From Peribolospora baueri (lineage: Eukaryota): a stretch of 64,000 nt of DNA. Where the stretch lies: contig JAMDHS010000020.1 in assembly GCA_029717555.1 (NCBI GenBank), positions 62,001 through 126,000 on the forward strand, given 5' to 3'. Shown here one piece after another: positions 1-13,414 of this stretch. The stretch's first letter is position 1. Each line of letters begins with the position of its first letter. The notes beneath the pieces were generated by a model. That model searched no databases and was not told the origin of the DNA. It saw only the letters and a program-made list of their open reading frames with translations. The position numbers were made by a program, and so were the translations under genes.

Positions 1-1773
1 ATCGGAGAAGTCAGAAAGAACCATTTCCCGGATGTCTTCCGAAAGAGCGATGTCATTCGGATCGCGTTCTCGAGATCGACGGTCACTTCGCTCCTCCTCC
101 GCGGGCGCAAACGACTCGCCGCCCCCGCGACCACCTTCAAAGATGGCCTCGTCACCAGATGTGCCTCCGAGACCTAGATCATCGTGCTCTTTGCGCATTT
201 CCTTCTGGAGCCTGTGAGACGAGGTGCCAAGCCCGGTTAGCTTTCAACCCCTTGGGTCGCGATCATCGATTTCATATAGAAAGAAAAGCAGCAGCGACTC
301 ACCTCTTGACATTCTTGACGTGCCTCTTCGACCGTTCATGATTCTCCCACGCTTGTGGAGATTTGAACCTCTTGTCGCAAGCCCAGCAGGTCAAGTCGTC
401 GTCCTCCCCATCGAACACCCCGTCTTCCGCGCCCATCAGCTCGTCTCCATCCATCTCGTCCTCGTCCTCCAATTCATTAGCTCCCGACCCCCCTCCTTCG
501 TCGTCAGAGCCGCTTACGTCGTACCCTTCCTCCTCCTCTCGGACTTTCTGCCATTCCTGCTCCTTGTAATTCCGAATAGCTTCCTCCCTCTCCCGCTGCC
601 TCTCCTCAGTTGCTCTCCGCCTGGCATCCGCCATCGCCGCAGATGAAGACGGTCCCGAAGTTTGCGCGGCCTGAAAAGACTTGAAGCGAGGATCACGCTT
701 GCGGATGAACTGCGCGAGAGAGCGAACGACGTCATTGTACTCTCGCCTGGCCGCATCGCGAGCTCGCTTGTTATCTTTCTCCATGAGCCTGCGAGAATGG
801 CGATCATTGGTCAATAAATGAAGGCGCGGCGATGGGCAATGACAATCAGCGAAACTCACCTTTTCACACGCCGGTCCGGAGCGTCATTGAGACGATGCTC
901 GTCCTTCCAAGCGAAACACTTGCGCGTCGCGAAGTTCATCCAAGCGCTGTAAAAGTCCCTCACTGGGACTTGATGATCTGCAACGGCCTCCGCATATGGC
1001 GTATGCGAGTAGCCGAAGCTGGGGTAGGAAGGGGCTGCGTCTTTGTAAGGCGGGTCAGAAGGATAGGCGGTCGCAGACACCTCCTCTTGGGCGAGGCGCT
1101 CAAACAGACGACGGTAGGTACCGAAAAAGGATGAGTCTGAATCGCCAGCGAGGCGCGCCGGGGATGAGAGCGAGGGGTCAAAGAACTTCATGATCTGATG
1201 CGTCGTGAGACCGGGGCCGCTAGAAGGCCGAGGTCCATCCGCTGCCCTTCCCGTGCGAACCGATTCAAAGAGGGCTTCGTCGTCTTCATCTTCTCCTTCT
1301 GTATGATACGGGGATCCCGGAAGGAAAGAGGTGGATCCGGCTTTAGAATCGCACACGTCCGCTCTGCCGACGCTGCACCCAAACCCTGCTCACCGCCTCT
1401 GAGGATAGAATCTCTATGCTGATCATACCACGCGCGCTCTTGCTCATCGGATAGAACTGAGAACGCATTCTGCAGCTGAGCGAAGATCTTTGTAGCCTCT
1501 TCCACATTGTCGGGATTCTTGTCAGGGTGATGAATCTGGCAATGTGAAACGAACGGGATTGCGATTGAGCAGGTTACCTTGCCAAGACGGAGGCCCAGAC
1601 GCATTAGCTCCACTCGAGTCTGTTGCACTTACGAGTGCCTTCTTCCTATATGCCTTCTTGATCTCCTCGCTCGTAGCGTCGACGCTGACGTCGAGAAGAG
1701 CGTAGTAATCGACAGGCCCTTCCCCATCTTGTCCTACCCCTTCGCGCCCGCTCGCAGATTGCGAAGCACCCAT
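1..1773 (-). CDS. JJJ1: DnaJ-domain + C2H2 zinc finger protein, JJJ1/DNAJC21-like (3' end runs off window)
   Basis: Spliced frames give MGASQS..DYYALLDV..EIKKAYRKKAL|..HPDKNPD..LSDEQERAWYD (J domain with HPD), VRDFYSAWMNFATRK..APDRRVKR, and CWACDKRFKSPQAWENHERSKRH (C2H2). ATG at 1773. Confidence 0.9.
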
Positions 1774-2301
1774 CGTCCGCGCGCAATCTCTCCGGTGCTC
1801 GACCCGTGCAAACCGTACAAACTGGCGTTGCCACCGACGAAGACGATGTCCGAGGATGCGTGTGAATGGATGTGTCACGGTGTGGCCAATTCCCCGTTTC
1901 CGACCTGGAGAAATATTACTGCGGTAACGCCTAGGAGATCTCTACGTCGTGTTCAGGCTTCCCTAGAACGCCATGCACACGACATCTCCGTTCAAACAGG
2001 TCGGGAGAGGATGCGGGGATAACTATCTCCATCTCTTTTTGCAGGCCAAGCCAAAAACGTTCCCTGTTCAGTATGGATGAAACGTCCCGGCTGGGACAAG
2101 CCGCTTCACTTGGAGCGGTCGACGCCCGTCTTACATCCCGACGATCACGCACAGATCACAAGGACTTATCACTGAGCACAATGATTGCTTTTACCCGAGC
2201 GAAGGTCTGTATGTCAAGACACTGGAATGGGCACATCCGGCGCCCTCTTACTATCCACATGCCGCTATCCTCCACCCACGTTTCCGATACGCGCTCTCAT
2301 C

Positions 2302-3243
2302 TCAGGGCTCCAACGAGTGCGGGAACCGGCCCTCCTCGCGCTGCTCGTCCCACTTGGAAATCTATAGCGGAAAAGGGAGAAGGGACTTGTAAGTTTGCGC
2401 CGACAACAGTTGCGAGCAGAACGACATCTATCCTGGCAACCGTAGCCTGTGCCCTGCTCGACCGTCGTGACATATCAGACAGAAAGAAGACTTACCCATT
2501 CGTCTACAAGGGAAAAAGGCGATGAAGGTCGCAGAGACAGGGCAAAAGGTCCAGGTGTGAGCAAATACATTCGAAAGGAGGGGTGTCTTGCACGGGTCCC
2601 GCGATAGAAAAGCGGCTAGAAGCACGAGCCCCATGATTCCAGCTATCCCGAGCTCCTTGCCTGCCAAGAGTCCAATTGCCTAGAAAACGAACAAGAAAAC
2701 AACCAAAATACAAGAAGAACAAAGACTCACTAGGGCAGAGAGAGTGGTAGGCGCGGAAGAACTGCTTGCACGGAGCGAAGTCCTCGCCCTTGGCGTTGAT
2801 GCACTTGAAGTAGTCGACATAGTTCTGCCAGCTGACGGATTGGACAAGTTATCGAAAAAAGTAACGCGTGATATGGACAGGAAAATAATTTAGCTATGAA
2901 CGGCGGAGACAGCCATGCAGCTTGGGGAGACCGCCGAGAGGTGAACGCACCAGTGCTTGGTCTGGTTTTGGTTGGGCTGAAAAAAAGGAGCAGCATGATG
3001 AAATTCTTTAGCGCCGCGCGCTTGAACCACCCTACCATCACCGCCTACTCACGAATCGGGCGTCGAAACCCGCGGTCTGCGAAAGCGTGGACGGCGATAG
3101 GGAAACGGAAGGCTTGATCAGTTGGAGCGCCTTTGCAGACTCGAGGCTTGGGGTCGGCTCGGCACGGCTCGGCTCGTGCCTCAACGACAAGCGAGAAACA
3201 GATCGCCCACCTGGAGAGTGTACTGCTTCTGCTCGTCTGCCAT
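2302..3243 (-). CDS. COX12: Cytochrome c oxidase subunit 6B; six exons, missed by the ORF track
   Basis: Exons 3211-3243, 3053-3076, 2951-2976, 2731-2831, 2496-2503, 2302-2361 joined at GT..AG give MADEQKQYTLQTAGFDARFPNQNQTKHCWQNYVDYFKCINAKGEDFAPCKQFFRAYHSLCPNEWISKWDEQREEGRFPHSLEP*. Confidence 0.96.
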
Positions 3244-4934
3244 AGCGAAGAGAAGGGCGCGATGGAAGGAGGAGTAAGAGGAGGTAAGAGGGATGAAGGT
3301 GTGCGTAACGTGCAAGCAAGCACTGAGGTGATGCACTCATCGCAGCACGGGAAGACCGGGTTCCGACGAGCGCGAGCCACTTGCCGCAGCGGCGGCAATT
3401 CTCACGCGCTCGTGGCCCCGCACGTGAATCATCCATTAGGACAGCCGCATTTATAGCTAGAAGATGGCAAGCACCTGGAAAGGGCGACGGAAATGGACAG
3501 CAGAGAGGAATGATGACACCTCGAGGAAGTGCGCAATACGTCCAATGGTGCCACTGCCACCTCCATTACGCCTGGCCGATGGTGGTCAGTCGACAAGACG
3601 GCTGTCCCCCCTGCTAATCACTGCACGTGCTGCGGTGCAGCGGGCGTGCGATGAGTGCGCCCGTCGTCAAGGAAGGGCGTTGTGTAGCAACAACCCTCAT
3701 CGGGCGTCACACCCCCTTGTGCAGCGCGAGGGGAGCAGAGTCTGCTGATCGTTTGGTCGCCGTTTCTTCCTTGCCATTCTCGTCAAATACGGAGCAGCGC
3801 ATGGAACAATATGCCACTGCGAACTGGTGACGTAAATCTTTCGTGGGACTGCAGATGGAGTTACTTTCGTACGACCGGGCGCAGCTGGAGACCACATTCG
3901 GCGGTTGTCAAATCCTGACGTCGGGCCCTTGGAGCCATGGTCACGACCGTCAGAGCTGGCTATCTGCAGCTGCATGTACCTTCAGTGACTGGTGTCCATC
4001 GACCGAAGACGACCGAGATTACAGCCAAGCTATGGCGGCGGCGATGACGACGGTCTCTCCTCGTACTAACACACTTCTCCTTCCTTTCCTTCATCTCGCT
4101 CCTTCACTCTCACCACTTTCTTCCTTTCTCTTTGCTCTCCACTCTCGGTCTCTCTCTCTCGACCGTGAGCGCGGTGCCAGGCACACCAGGGCCCTTCACG
4201 CAGACCGATTGAAGCGGCTCTGATCACCAGCAACAGCCCTGGCACAAAGGTTATAAACTGGCCCTTTTCGGCTATCATTGCCTCGTCATCGCCCTCACCC
4301 GGTCTCTCCTTCAGCGTTGACACCACCTCTGACGGCACGTCGACCGTGATCGTCTAAGAAGACGGTTCGCTTCAGACCGTCAGTTATTCGAACGACGCCC
4401 CCGACACTCGTTCCCATTTTTCTAGTGCCGAGCACGCTCTCTTTCTGCCTATCTATTTTTTTTCTCACAAGGCTCGCCTCCTCGGTCCACCTTACACCCT
4501 TACCGGACAACCCGCAACTGCGCGACCTCGCTCGGCGTACATGAACTAACCCGCCTTCCAAGCTTTTCATTCGCGAGATGAGACTAGGTCGATACGGAAA
4601 CGGCCGTGTCTGGGCCCCACTACTACTGACCATCCTTGTAGTGGCGTCGACGGCGGCCGTCGCTCTCGATTCCAGGATGGCAATCGGGGACGTTGCTTGT
4701 TGCCGTCGGTCGCTTCGCAAGCGCTATCGAAGCAACCTCGGCCACCTCGACGTCTTCACAGATGATCAAGCTCTTTGGTCAGTGCAGACGGAGGAGCAGT
4801 TCCAGAGGGCGACGCGCATCTCTCACGCATCCGCTCTTGTCCAACGGACATCACGCTTTTCGTTTGCACGCTTCAGTTCGCCTTGGAAGGCGTCACGGAT
4901 GTCGGCTTTGAACGTGGCCGTGCGGGCTTACGGG

Positions 4935-7628
4935 ATGGACTCGTTTTCTCCATTAGCCACGGCATCCCTCCTATCTTATCCTTCTGTCGTCCTCGAAGAT
5001 GCCAAAGGACTAACATGGAGCAGCAGCCTGGCTGTGATCGAAATCTTGAGCGATATACCCCTCTTCGTGCTAGGCCCCGCATCCATCATCATCACCGGTT
5101 ATATGATTCTCGTCTTCGGTGGTCTCACGGACAGAGGTGTGCTCTATCTCCTCCTCGCGCCCATCCTCGACTTCATCGGCGGCATCCTCGACCTGTCCAG
5201 GATCCTTGTCCTGGACGCCAGACCCACCACCGTCACCACGCAGTCGTCCTCAACGGGTACGACGGCAATAAACGCTACCACGCTCTACACCTCGAACATG
5301 ACCAGTCTGTCGGTCGGCTCGACCATCTTCTTCGCCGTTGCCGTTTTCGCCAAGTTCCTATTCCTTTACCGTGCCACCTGCGGCGACGGTCTCCCGAGGC
5401 ACGTCGGTTGGAAATTGGAGCCCGACGAAGAGGAGGGGAACGACGACAAGGAGCGACCGGAAGTGAATCGAGCTCGAGTCGCGAGCGATACCGTGATTCA
5501 AAGGCCACGGAGGGCCCTGAGCCGTCAGATGGTGGGGGTTGGCGGCCAGCAAGATCAGAATTTTGGTAAGGAGGGGATGCCTACGTCGGCCCTCGACTCT
5601 GTTCGGCCAGATGGCGAAGAGCGTGAAAGGAGAGGGTGGGCGACGCTCGGCTTCTTGGGCTCTTTGGCCAAGTTCGCCCTCATGTTTGGGGCGGCAAAGT
5701 GAGTAGATGTATAGGTGGTATCTCCGACTAGGAAGTAGACTCGGGGACCAAATACCCAACTCATGCCGACGACGTCTCGTTTAGCATTGCGGTCTTGTTC
5801 ACCGTTCAGAACATCGGCAACCTCGTCTCTGTACCGTCGTTCACCGCCGTCCGAAAGGCCGAGAGAGCGCTAGAGGTCGTTCTGTACGTCTCTATCAGCG
5901 CCGTCCTGATTTGGATCTACGGAATACCGCGCAACGTCCGTGGACTCTTGGCAAGGGTAGAAGTCTTGCCCATCTTGGCCGGCAACTCTATCGGCTTGAG
6001 CGTCAGCATAGTTGGTCTGGCGATCACGACGTTCGACACCACTGTCGTCGGCAGACTTCTCATCGCTGTCCAGCTGGTAGGTTTGAGCCTAGTCTTCTAA
6101 GCCGAGGTTACAGTACGTGTCGTGCTCACCCTCGTCGTTTCCGCTTGCAGTTCATCTACCTGTTCGATGCCATGGTCTCCCGCAGCCGGCTCGAGATCAA
6201 TGAAAATGCGCTTCGCAATCGCGGTGATCCTCCCCTGCGCAACTTGCTCCTTCCGACGCCACGAGCCTCCACCTTCCGGATCACCTTCCGGAGCGGTCTA
6301 AGTCGGTCGACGCCGTCTTTCCTCTTCAGACGTGTCTCGAGTGACAGGAGAGTTCCGTCCCGTTCGCCATGGCAGGGAGCCCTTAGAGGACTGGAATTGT
6401 CGACGGTACAGGAGCGGAACGATCGGGATAACGACGGCGCTCAGAGCACAAGGGCGATCAGCGGTCCGTCGCCAGGCCGCTTCTCGGCAGGTTCGGCGCC
6501 AGGTCCGTCCAGCTTGGTCCAGGAGAGCCGGAGATGGTTCAAGTGGATGCGTTCGTCTAAAGGCTTTGCGGAAGTCGATCCCGAGCTGGTAGCAGAGGAC
6601 GACTTGCCAAGCTCGTCGTACAAATACGCCCTCCGTCCGCCCGAGTCACCTATACGGTCCAGCTTGGACAGCTCAGAGAGACGAGCCGAGGCGTTACGAA
6701 GGACTCAGAACGCCTTGGAAGGCTGCAGCGCCGTCACGTCGACGTTTGACCTTGAGAGCGGCAGAAGGGAGAACGAGGCGAGCCCGCAGTTCGACATGAT
6801 AAGGAGCGAACCTAGTGCTGGCCCGAGTGAGTGTTCTTGGTCTATTTCGCAAGAGTATGCGCCATGGGGGGCTTACTGGTGCGCGCGGCTCGTCCTGCCG
6901 TTGTCTAGCAGCAGCAGGCACTTCCGTAAGACGCCCACGGCCTCCGCTTGCGCAGGACACGCGGGAGGAGTCCGAGGAGTACCGACTTTACACGTCCGTT
7001 GATGACGCCCAGGCCGACCCGGCGAGAGTCAGCTCGGACGTGGAGCCGGAAGATGATGACGTCCTGAGCGAGGCAGCCATGGTGACCCTTCGACCACGGA
7101 GAATGAGCGCTGCCATGGTGACCGGTGGTGGGCCGCCGCGGCAAGCACTGACAGCCAATGCCGCCATCATGGCCGACTCTGTCCGACTCGTTCGAGTTGA
7201 AAAAGGCCAGCAGCCAGGGTCAAACGGTCCAAGTTTAAAGCCGAGCGGGCGTACGGATTCGGACGGGTCGAGCAAGCGGCCATCCGGCATCCTCTCCCGT
7301 GGAGTATCGTCCAACATGTCGGGCTCCTCCTCCCAGGACGTCGAGCTGAGCGCGTTGAGTCTTAGCGGGTTTCCACAACCCCCGGACGCGCTCCTCCGGC
7401 CGCCGAGCTCGGCGAGAGAGGGACTGATGAGCCGAAGCTCGGGGCTGAGCGTGCCCGAGACGCCTTGGGTGCCTTCGTTCCCGCTGTCGCCGTCCGACGC
7501 GGCGACGCAACGCAACGACGCTTCTCGGTACGTTCGAGACGTGACCTCGTTCATCGACCCTCGCTTCTCCAGCCTGACGACGTCTCCGCCAGGGAGCGCG
7601 AGCGCGTCGAGCAACATGTCCCGACAAA

Positions 7629-7659
<31 letters not shown>

Positions 7660-8275
7660 GGCGGGGGCAGGAGGCGCATGGCGACCGGAAAAGGCGCAGC
7701 TGGTGCGCAATTTGACCAACGTCACCGAGGCGTCGCGGGAAGAAGGGTCCAGCGAGGCGGCGAGCTCGGCGCGGGACAGCGCCCAGCGTCAGCTTCAGGC
7801 CCAGCACCAGGCCCAACCGACAGCCGGCTCGAGCTCGGAGCGGACAGGAGGAGAGAGCGATGGAGAGCTGCTGGAAGGCGTCATCCGGAGGGCCAAGTAT
7901 TCGGGGCAGATGCGCACGCCGATCCTGACGCGACAGATTGCGATGGCCGCGGCCGGTGCCGGCACCGGCCGCGGCGGCGCAGGACCTCCAGGGCAAGGGG
8001 AGGATGGGCAACGTGAGCGCAAGCCTCTGCCGCCCGTACCCGCTGCCAGCCGCCACGAGAGGTCAGGTTCGTCGACGTCCACGTCGGAGGTTCGCGGGGA
8101 CAAGGCTCGTCCGCCGCCTTTGGAGCTGCGTGTATCGAATCTGAACGAGCGACGCGGACGCGGACGCCATCGAGGTGGCTCGCCCGAGCGGGACGGGGAC
8201 GACTGGATCGTGAAGACGAGACGCGTTCACGTTGGCCAAGCTCGGGATGGCCGGGGCGAGGGCGAGGGCGCATAA
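4935..8275 (+). CDS. Uncharacterised multi-pass membrane protein (about 7 TM) with a long low-complexity C-terminal tail
   Basis: ORFs 4578-5702, 5795-6100, 5911-7002 and 6815-8275 join in frame through introns 5699-5784, 6077-6150 and 6827-6908. Seven hydrophobic stretches are followed by a Ser/Arg/Gly-rich tail. Start uncertain (ATG 4578, 4899 or 4935). Confidence 0.7.
7631..7666 (+). repeat. (GCGGGC)n coding repeat giving an Ala-Gly run
   Basis: gcgggcgcgggcgcgggcgcgggcgcgggggcgggg, translating to AGAGAGAGAGAG. Confidence 0.9.
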
Positions 8276-8278
8276 ATC

Positions 8279-8330
8279 TCGTTTCGTTTCGTTTCGTTTC
8301 TTTTTTTTTTTTTTTTTCTTTTTTTTTTTT
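8279..8330. repeat. (TTTCG)n plus poly-T tract right after the stop codon
   Basis: Directly visible. Confidence 0.9.
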
Positions 8331-8646
8331 AATCGGTATTCGCCGCCTTTTCTCAACGGTCGGTCGGTCATCTCGTCTGTACGAGTCCTGTCTCGCTCTC
8401 TCTGGTGTTTCCGATCGAGGACGACCGTCAAAGGTCGGCCTTTGGAGGGAGCAACGTCTCGAGAGACCTCAGATAAGTCGAAGAAACGACGAGAGGCAAA
8501 CAACATTCAATTCGATTCCGTTCCGCAGCGAGCGGAGTGAGTGAGTGACCGTAACCGTGACAGCCAGAGTGTATTGTGAGTGCATGCAGAGCGTATCCGA
8601 TCCTAAAGCAAAGGACAAATCGCGACGACGAGGAAGCCAATTTAGA

Positions 8647-11090
8647 TTAGAGCCTGTTTTGAGGCAGGATGCCTTGAGAGGCCAGCTTCTTCTCTGTGGT
8701 CGGCGCATTATAGAACAAGATGGGAAGATGGGGTCAGGGGACGGACGGAGGAGGAGGAGGACGTAAGAAGAGAGAACAGCTGACGCACCGAGCTTAGACT
8801 TGATGTGGTCGAGGAACTCAGTCGTGGCTGAAAGACGAAGGAAGGGGGTGAGCGGGCAAGCTGGCGTGACCGATGCGGCGGGGCAGTACTCACTGACGTA
8901 GTGCTCGCGCTTCATGTTCTTGCCGTGGAGGCTCAACGCGAGGTCCTTGGTCATGACAGAGTCGACTGAGAACGGCGTGCATTGCAGGTCAATCACAGCG
9001 CGAAAACGTAATTAACTCAAGAAAAGGGAAAACGAAAAGCTCACCGTCAATGGCCTCGACACAAGCCTCCTCAAGGTCATGGGCGAACCTCCGCAGCGGA
9101 TCGTTGTGGTCAAGCTTAGCACGGAAGGCGAGGCCTCGAGTCCAAGCAAAGATCTGTGTCGACGGAACGGAAGGCGATCAATCGGGTCAGCTTGAGCTTG
9201 GCCTACCACCGCTGGCAGTGTGGACGACGCTCACCGAAGCGACCGAGTTGGTAGAAGTCTCGTTGCCCTTCTGATGCTCTCGGTAGTGGCGTGTGACGGT
9301 ACCGTGAGCGGCCTCAGCCTCAAGGGTCTTTCCATCGGGCGTGACAAGTTCAGATGTCATCATGCCGAGGGATCCAAAGCCCTGAGCGAGGATGTCAGAC
9401 TGGACATCACCGTCGTAGTTCTTGCATGCCCATACAAAGCCGCCGGTAGACTTGATGGCCTGGGCAACCATGTCGTCGATGAGACGGTGCTCGTACCAGA
9501 TGCCCAGCTCTTCGAACTTGGCCTTGTACTGGCTGTCGTAAATCTCCTGGAAAATGTCCTTGAACCGTCCGTCGTACTTTTTCAAGATGGTGTTCTTCGT
9601 GCTCATGTACTGCGGTGCAAGAGGGGCCAATGAGCCGCCGAGTCGACTCTGCGTCGGTACAAAAACCCCAAAGACCTCACTCACCAGCGGCATCTTCTTC
9701 TCGATGGCGACGTTGAACGAGCTGTGGGCAAAGCCTTGGATGCTCTCGTCGGTGTTATACATGGACATGGCGACACCGCCGGACTTGGGGAAATGGAAGA
9801 CGTCGTATTGCTGCTTGGGGAGGGAAGGGTCGTCGGGGGTGTAGATGAGCTGGAGCTTGCCGGCGGCGGGGGCGACGAGATCGGTGGAGCGGTACTGGTC
9901 GCCAAAGGCGTGGCGGCCGATGACGATCGGCTTGACCCAGCCGGGGACGGGGCGAGGGATCTTGTTGAGAATGCTGGGCGGTGAGGGCGTGATGAGGTGA
10001 GAAGAAGAAGGGCGTACGTAAGCGGAGGAGAGAGGAGAGAGACGCGGGCGTAGCTAAGCGGAGGAGAGAAGACTCACATGGGTTCGCGGAAGACGGTACC
10101 GCCGAGGATGTTCCTGATGGTGCCGTTGGGAGAGCGCCACATCTGCTTGAGGTTGAACTCTGGACGGCGAGGGGAGGAGGTGAGCGTGGTGAACAAGCAA
10201 AGCCGGACGACAACCGACCTGAGGTCACTCACCCTTGACGCGGGCCTCGTCCGGGGTGATGGTAGCGCACTTGATGCCGACGTTGTACTTGAGGATGGCC
10301 TCTGCAGAGTCGACGGTGACCTTGTCGTCGGTCTTGGGGAGGGAGGGTGAAGGAGACAGTCAAGTCAGTCCCTCGCTCTCTCTGGCAGTCAGTCAGTCGG
10401 TCTGAGTGAGACCCGCCCTGCCCAGATGAGGATCGGGCGGGGGGAACGAGGCACATACCGCATCACGGTTCTCGATGCTCAGGTCGTAATACTTGATGTC
10501 GACGTTGACGTAGGGGAGAATGAGCTGGAAGAAGGGGGTGCATAAACTCGTCGTGGTCGTCAGCTAACAAGAAGAAGGAAGAGGAAGAAGAAGAAGAAGA
10601 AGAAGAAGAAGAAGAAGAAGAAGAAGAAGAAGAAGAAGAAGAAGAAGAAGAAGAAGAAGAAGAAGAAGAAGAAAGAAATACAAACCTCATTCTTGATCTT
10701 GTGCCAGATGATCCTGGTCATCTCGTCGCCATCGAGCTCCACGACGGGATTGGCGACCTGGATGCGGGAGTCGGTGGCCGACGACGCGGCGGTGGAAGCG
10801 GTGCGTGCGGAGGACGCCATGGCGGTGGTGGGGAAGGTGGAGGCGAGGGCGAGGGTTGGGGATCGGCGGTGGTGAGCGGGGAGGTAGAGACGAGGAAAAG
10901 AAGAGCGAGTGGAGAAGGAACGAGTTGTCGAGGTGGAAGAGAGGGAAGCAGAGAAAGAGGAAGGACGACGGCGGGAGATAGCACGGAGGGAAGAAGAGGC
11001 GGAGGCCCGAGCGAGGGAGGAGAGGACGGAGGCGGAGGCGGAGGACGAGGACGCCGAGCCGGCGGTCAAGGCGGTGACGGTAAAGGCCAT
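8647..11090 (-). CDS. IDP1: NADP-dependent isocitrate dehydrogenase with N-terminal mitochondrial-type presequence
   Basis: [89 protein letters not shown]. Last exon [15 protein letters not shown] with stop at 8647. Many introns. Confidence 0.96.
10584..10673. repeat. (GAA)~30 microsatellite inside IDP intron 1
   Basis: Uninterrupted gaa run of 90 nt, just inside the 5' splice donor on the minus strand. Confidence 0.95.
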
Positions 11091-11930
11091 GGTTGGGAGG
11101 ACGAGGACGAGGGCGGGCGTGCAGGCCAAGGACAAGGGCAAGGGCAAGACTACGCGGGGCCGTGTCGTGGGTGGGTGCGGGGGGAGGGCGGGGCGAGGCC
11201 GGGACGGAGAGAGACGGAGGAAGGAAGGATAGACAAATTGGCTGGGCTGCTGTTGGGGTGAGCGACCGAGAGAGTTGGCTGGGCAAGCTTGGGCTTGGAT
11301 GGGTTGGCTGGCTAGCTGGCTGACCTGGCTGGCTGACTGGGCGAGGGTAAGTCAGACGAAGGAGGGAGGGAGACGGATGGACGTCAGGGCGAAAAAAGGC
11401 GAAGAAGGAGGAAGAGACCGGTGAAGTCGGCGAGCGGGCGAGACGATGATGACGACGATGACGACAAGGACAAGAAGAACAAGGACAAGCAAGGAACAAG
11501 CACAACTGGGACGACGATCCGACGACGACCCGACTCGTCCGCAATCTTTTTCATCTCGACATTTCTTCTTCTCTCTCTCTCCTCTTCTCTACATTTCCTC
11601 CACTCCAGCCACGTCAATCAGAGTCACGCACGCGCAAAATTCTCATCGTCCGATCTATCCCCATTCCCATTCCCAATTCCCTTCCATTCCCCCGCGTCGG
11701 CCGATCCGATCGGGAATACTCGGGGCGCCGGCGTCCCAAGCCGGAAGCCCCCTGCTGCGGCTGCGGCCCAGTCGCTCGCCATCGCCTCGGCGACCGGGAC
11801 CGACAGTGGTCCCCGCACGCGAGGCTCGCGAGGTCTGCCGATGGCATGCCACGGTATGCCATCGCTCGCCGCCCTCGGGACACTCGGGCGCTCGGGCACG
11901 CTCGGCGCACCTCGGTATCGACCCAGACGC

Positions 11931-11966
11931 GATCAGATCAGATCAGATCAGATCAGATCAGATCAG
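11931..11966. repeat. (GATCA)7 intergenic microsatellite
   Basis: Directly visible. Confidence 0.9.
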
Positions 11967-12308
11967 CGAGCGAGCGTCTCGACCGTGTTCGCTCCAAGGC
12001 GGCGGAACTTTGGGGCATGCGTTGCCTTCGCGGATAATACGTTCATCCTCCCGGCGCCCGACCGGCCAAACACCATACCAGAACAAAACAAAACAAAACA
12101 GAAAAGAACGACACCGACGTCGCCTCCGTTCCATATAAAAATACAAAACCTGCCGTCCGGAGGAGGAGTGAATACGAGTGTGCTGAGGCGAACGACGAAC
12201 AAACGAACGGACAAACAAACAAACAAGCAGCAGTCATAGGAAACAGAGGAGCGGCCGCATAGACGCACGCGACCGACCAAACGGACGGCCCGCTATCCAG
12301 TCAGCTAA

Positions 12309-13377
12309 CTAGCTATCCAGCCCACCTCCCCCCCCGCCAAACCCAGGCCCGATCCCAAGGGCAAAAGAGTTCATCGTCTCCAGCAGCTCCGCCGCGCCCG
12401 TTCCGCCAGTGGTCGTGAGCGTCTGCTGGGAAGGCCCGAAGAGGCTGTCCCAGAATGCCCACTCGTCGTCCGGCTCTGGCTCGGGCTCCGGCACCGACGA
12501 CGACGCCGCCATCGCCATCGTCTCTCCGTATTCGTATTCCTCCTGGTCCTGTCCTTCTCCGACTTGATGTTGTTCTTTTGGCACGCGGCTCGGGGACTGG
12601 AACAGCAAGACAGGAGTAGGCGAGACGGCCACTGACGTCGCCGGGTCCGAAGACGGGTACTGTGCCCGGACGGACGTACCCGTACTCGCGCCCGCCCCAC
12701 CGACGGCGGCGGCGTCGAGCGACACACCTTCATCGACCGTCAAAGAAGGAGGCGCACGCTCCCCGTCGACCGTCTGTCGTCGACGACGCTTCCCCGAACG
12801 TCCTCCATCTGCTTCTCCTCCTTCTCCTTGTCGAGACTTGCCCCGCCTTTGCTCCACCCGTTCACACCGCTTCCCCCCTTGCTCCAGCAGCCGAGTCAAC
12901 ACGTTGACCGCTCTATTCGCCACCGTGCTCACGTTCGTCGCAGCCCTACAATAGTTCGAGTACCGAAAAGGAGCGGCGGAGGGATCAGCGCGATCCAACG
13001 TAGGCGTGCCCACGGACTTACTCACCGCATCGCCTCAATCGCGCTTTGCACATACCGCCTGTTCTCCTCCGCGACCGCAGGCGCATGCGGCCCCACACAG
13101 TAGAGATCGATGCAGAGTGCGACGGCAGCGGTAAAAATCTGCACGAGAACGACCCACCAGCGCATGCCCGGAAAATCGACTTTGCGAGCCTGCCGGACGA
13201 GGTCGAGGCAGTCCTTGGCCGAGACAAGCGTGGCGTCCTTGGAATGTCCGTACCTTGCGTCGCTGTACCCGCGCGCCATGAACGGGCGATGAAGGCGCAT
13301 GATCCGGTTGTGCAGCGTGAGACCGATGAACAGCCTCTGCCACACCAGCTGCCGCCGTTCCGAATTCCCTTCCGCCG

Positions 13378-13414
<37 letters not shown>

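Noticed and set aside
8635..8649. SKL codons directly after the IDP stop (TAA TCT AAA TTG), suggesting a readthrough PTS1
   Set aside because: No stop follows SKL, so it would not be terminal, and TAA-T is a poor readthrough context.
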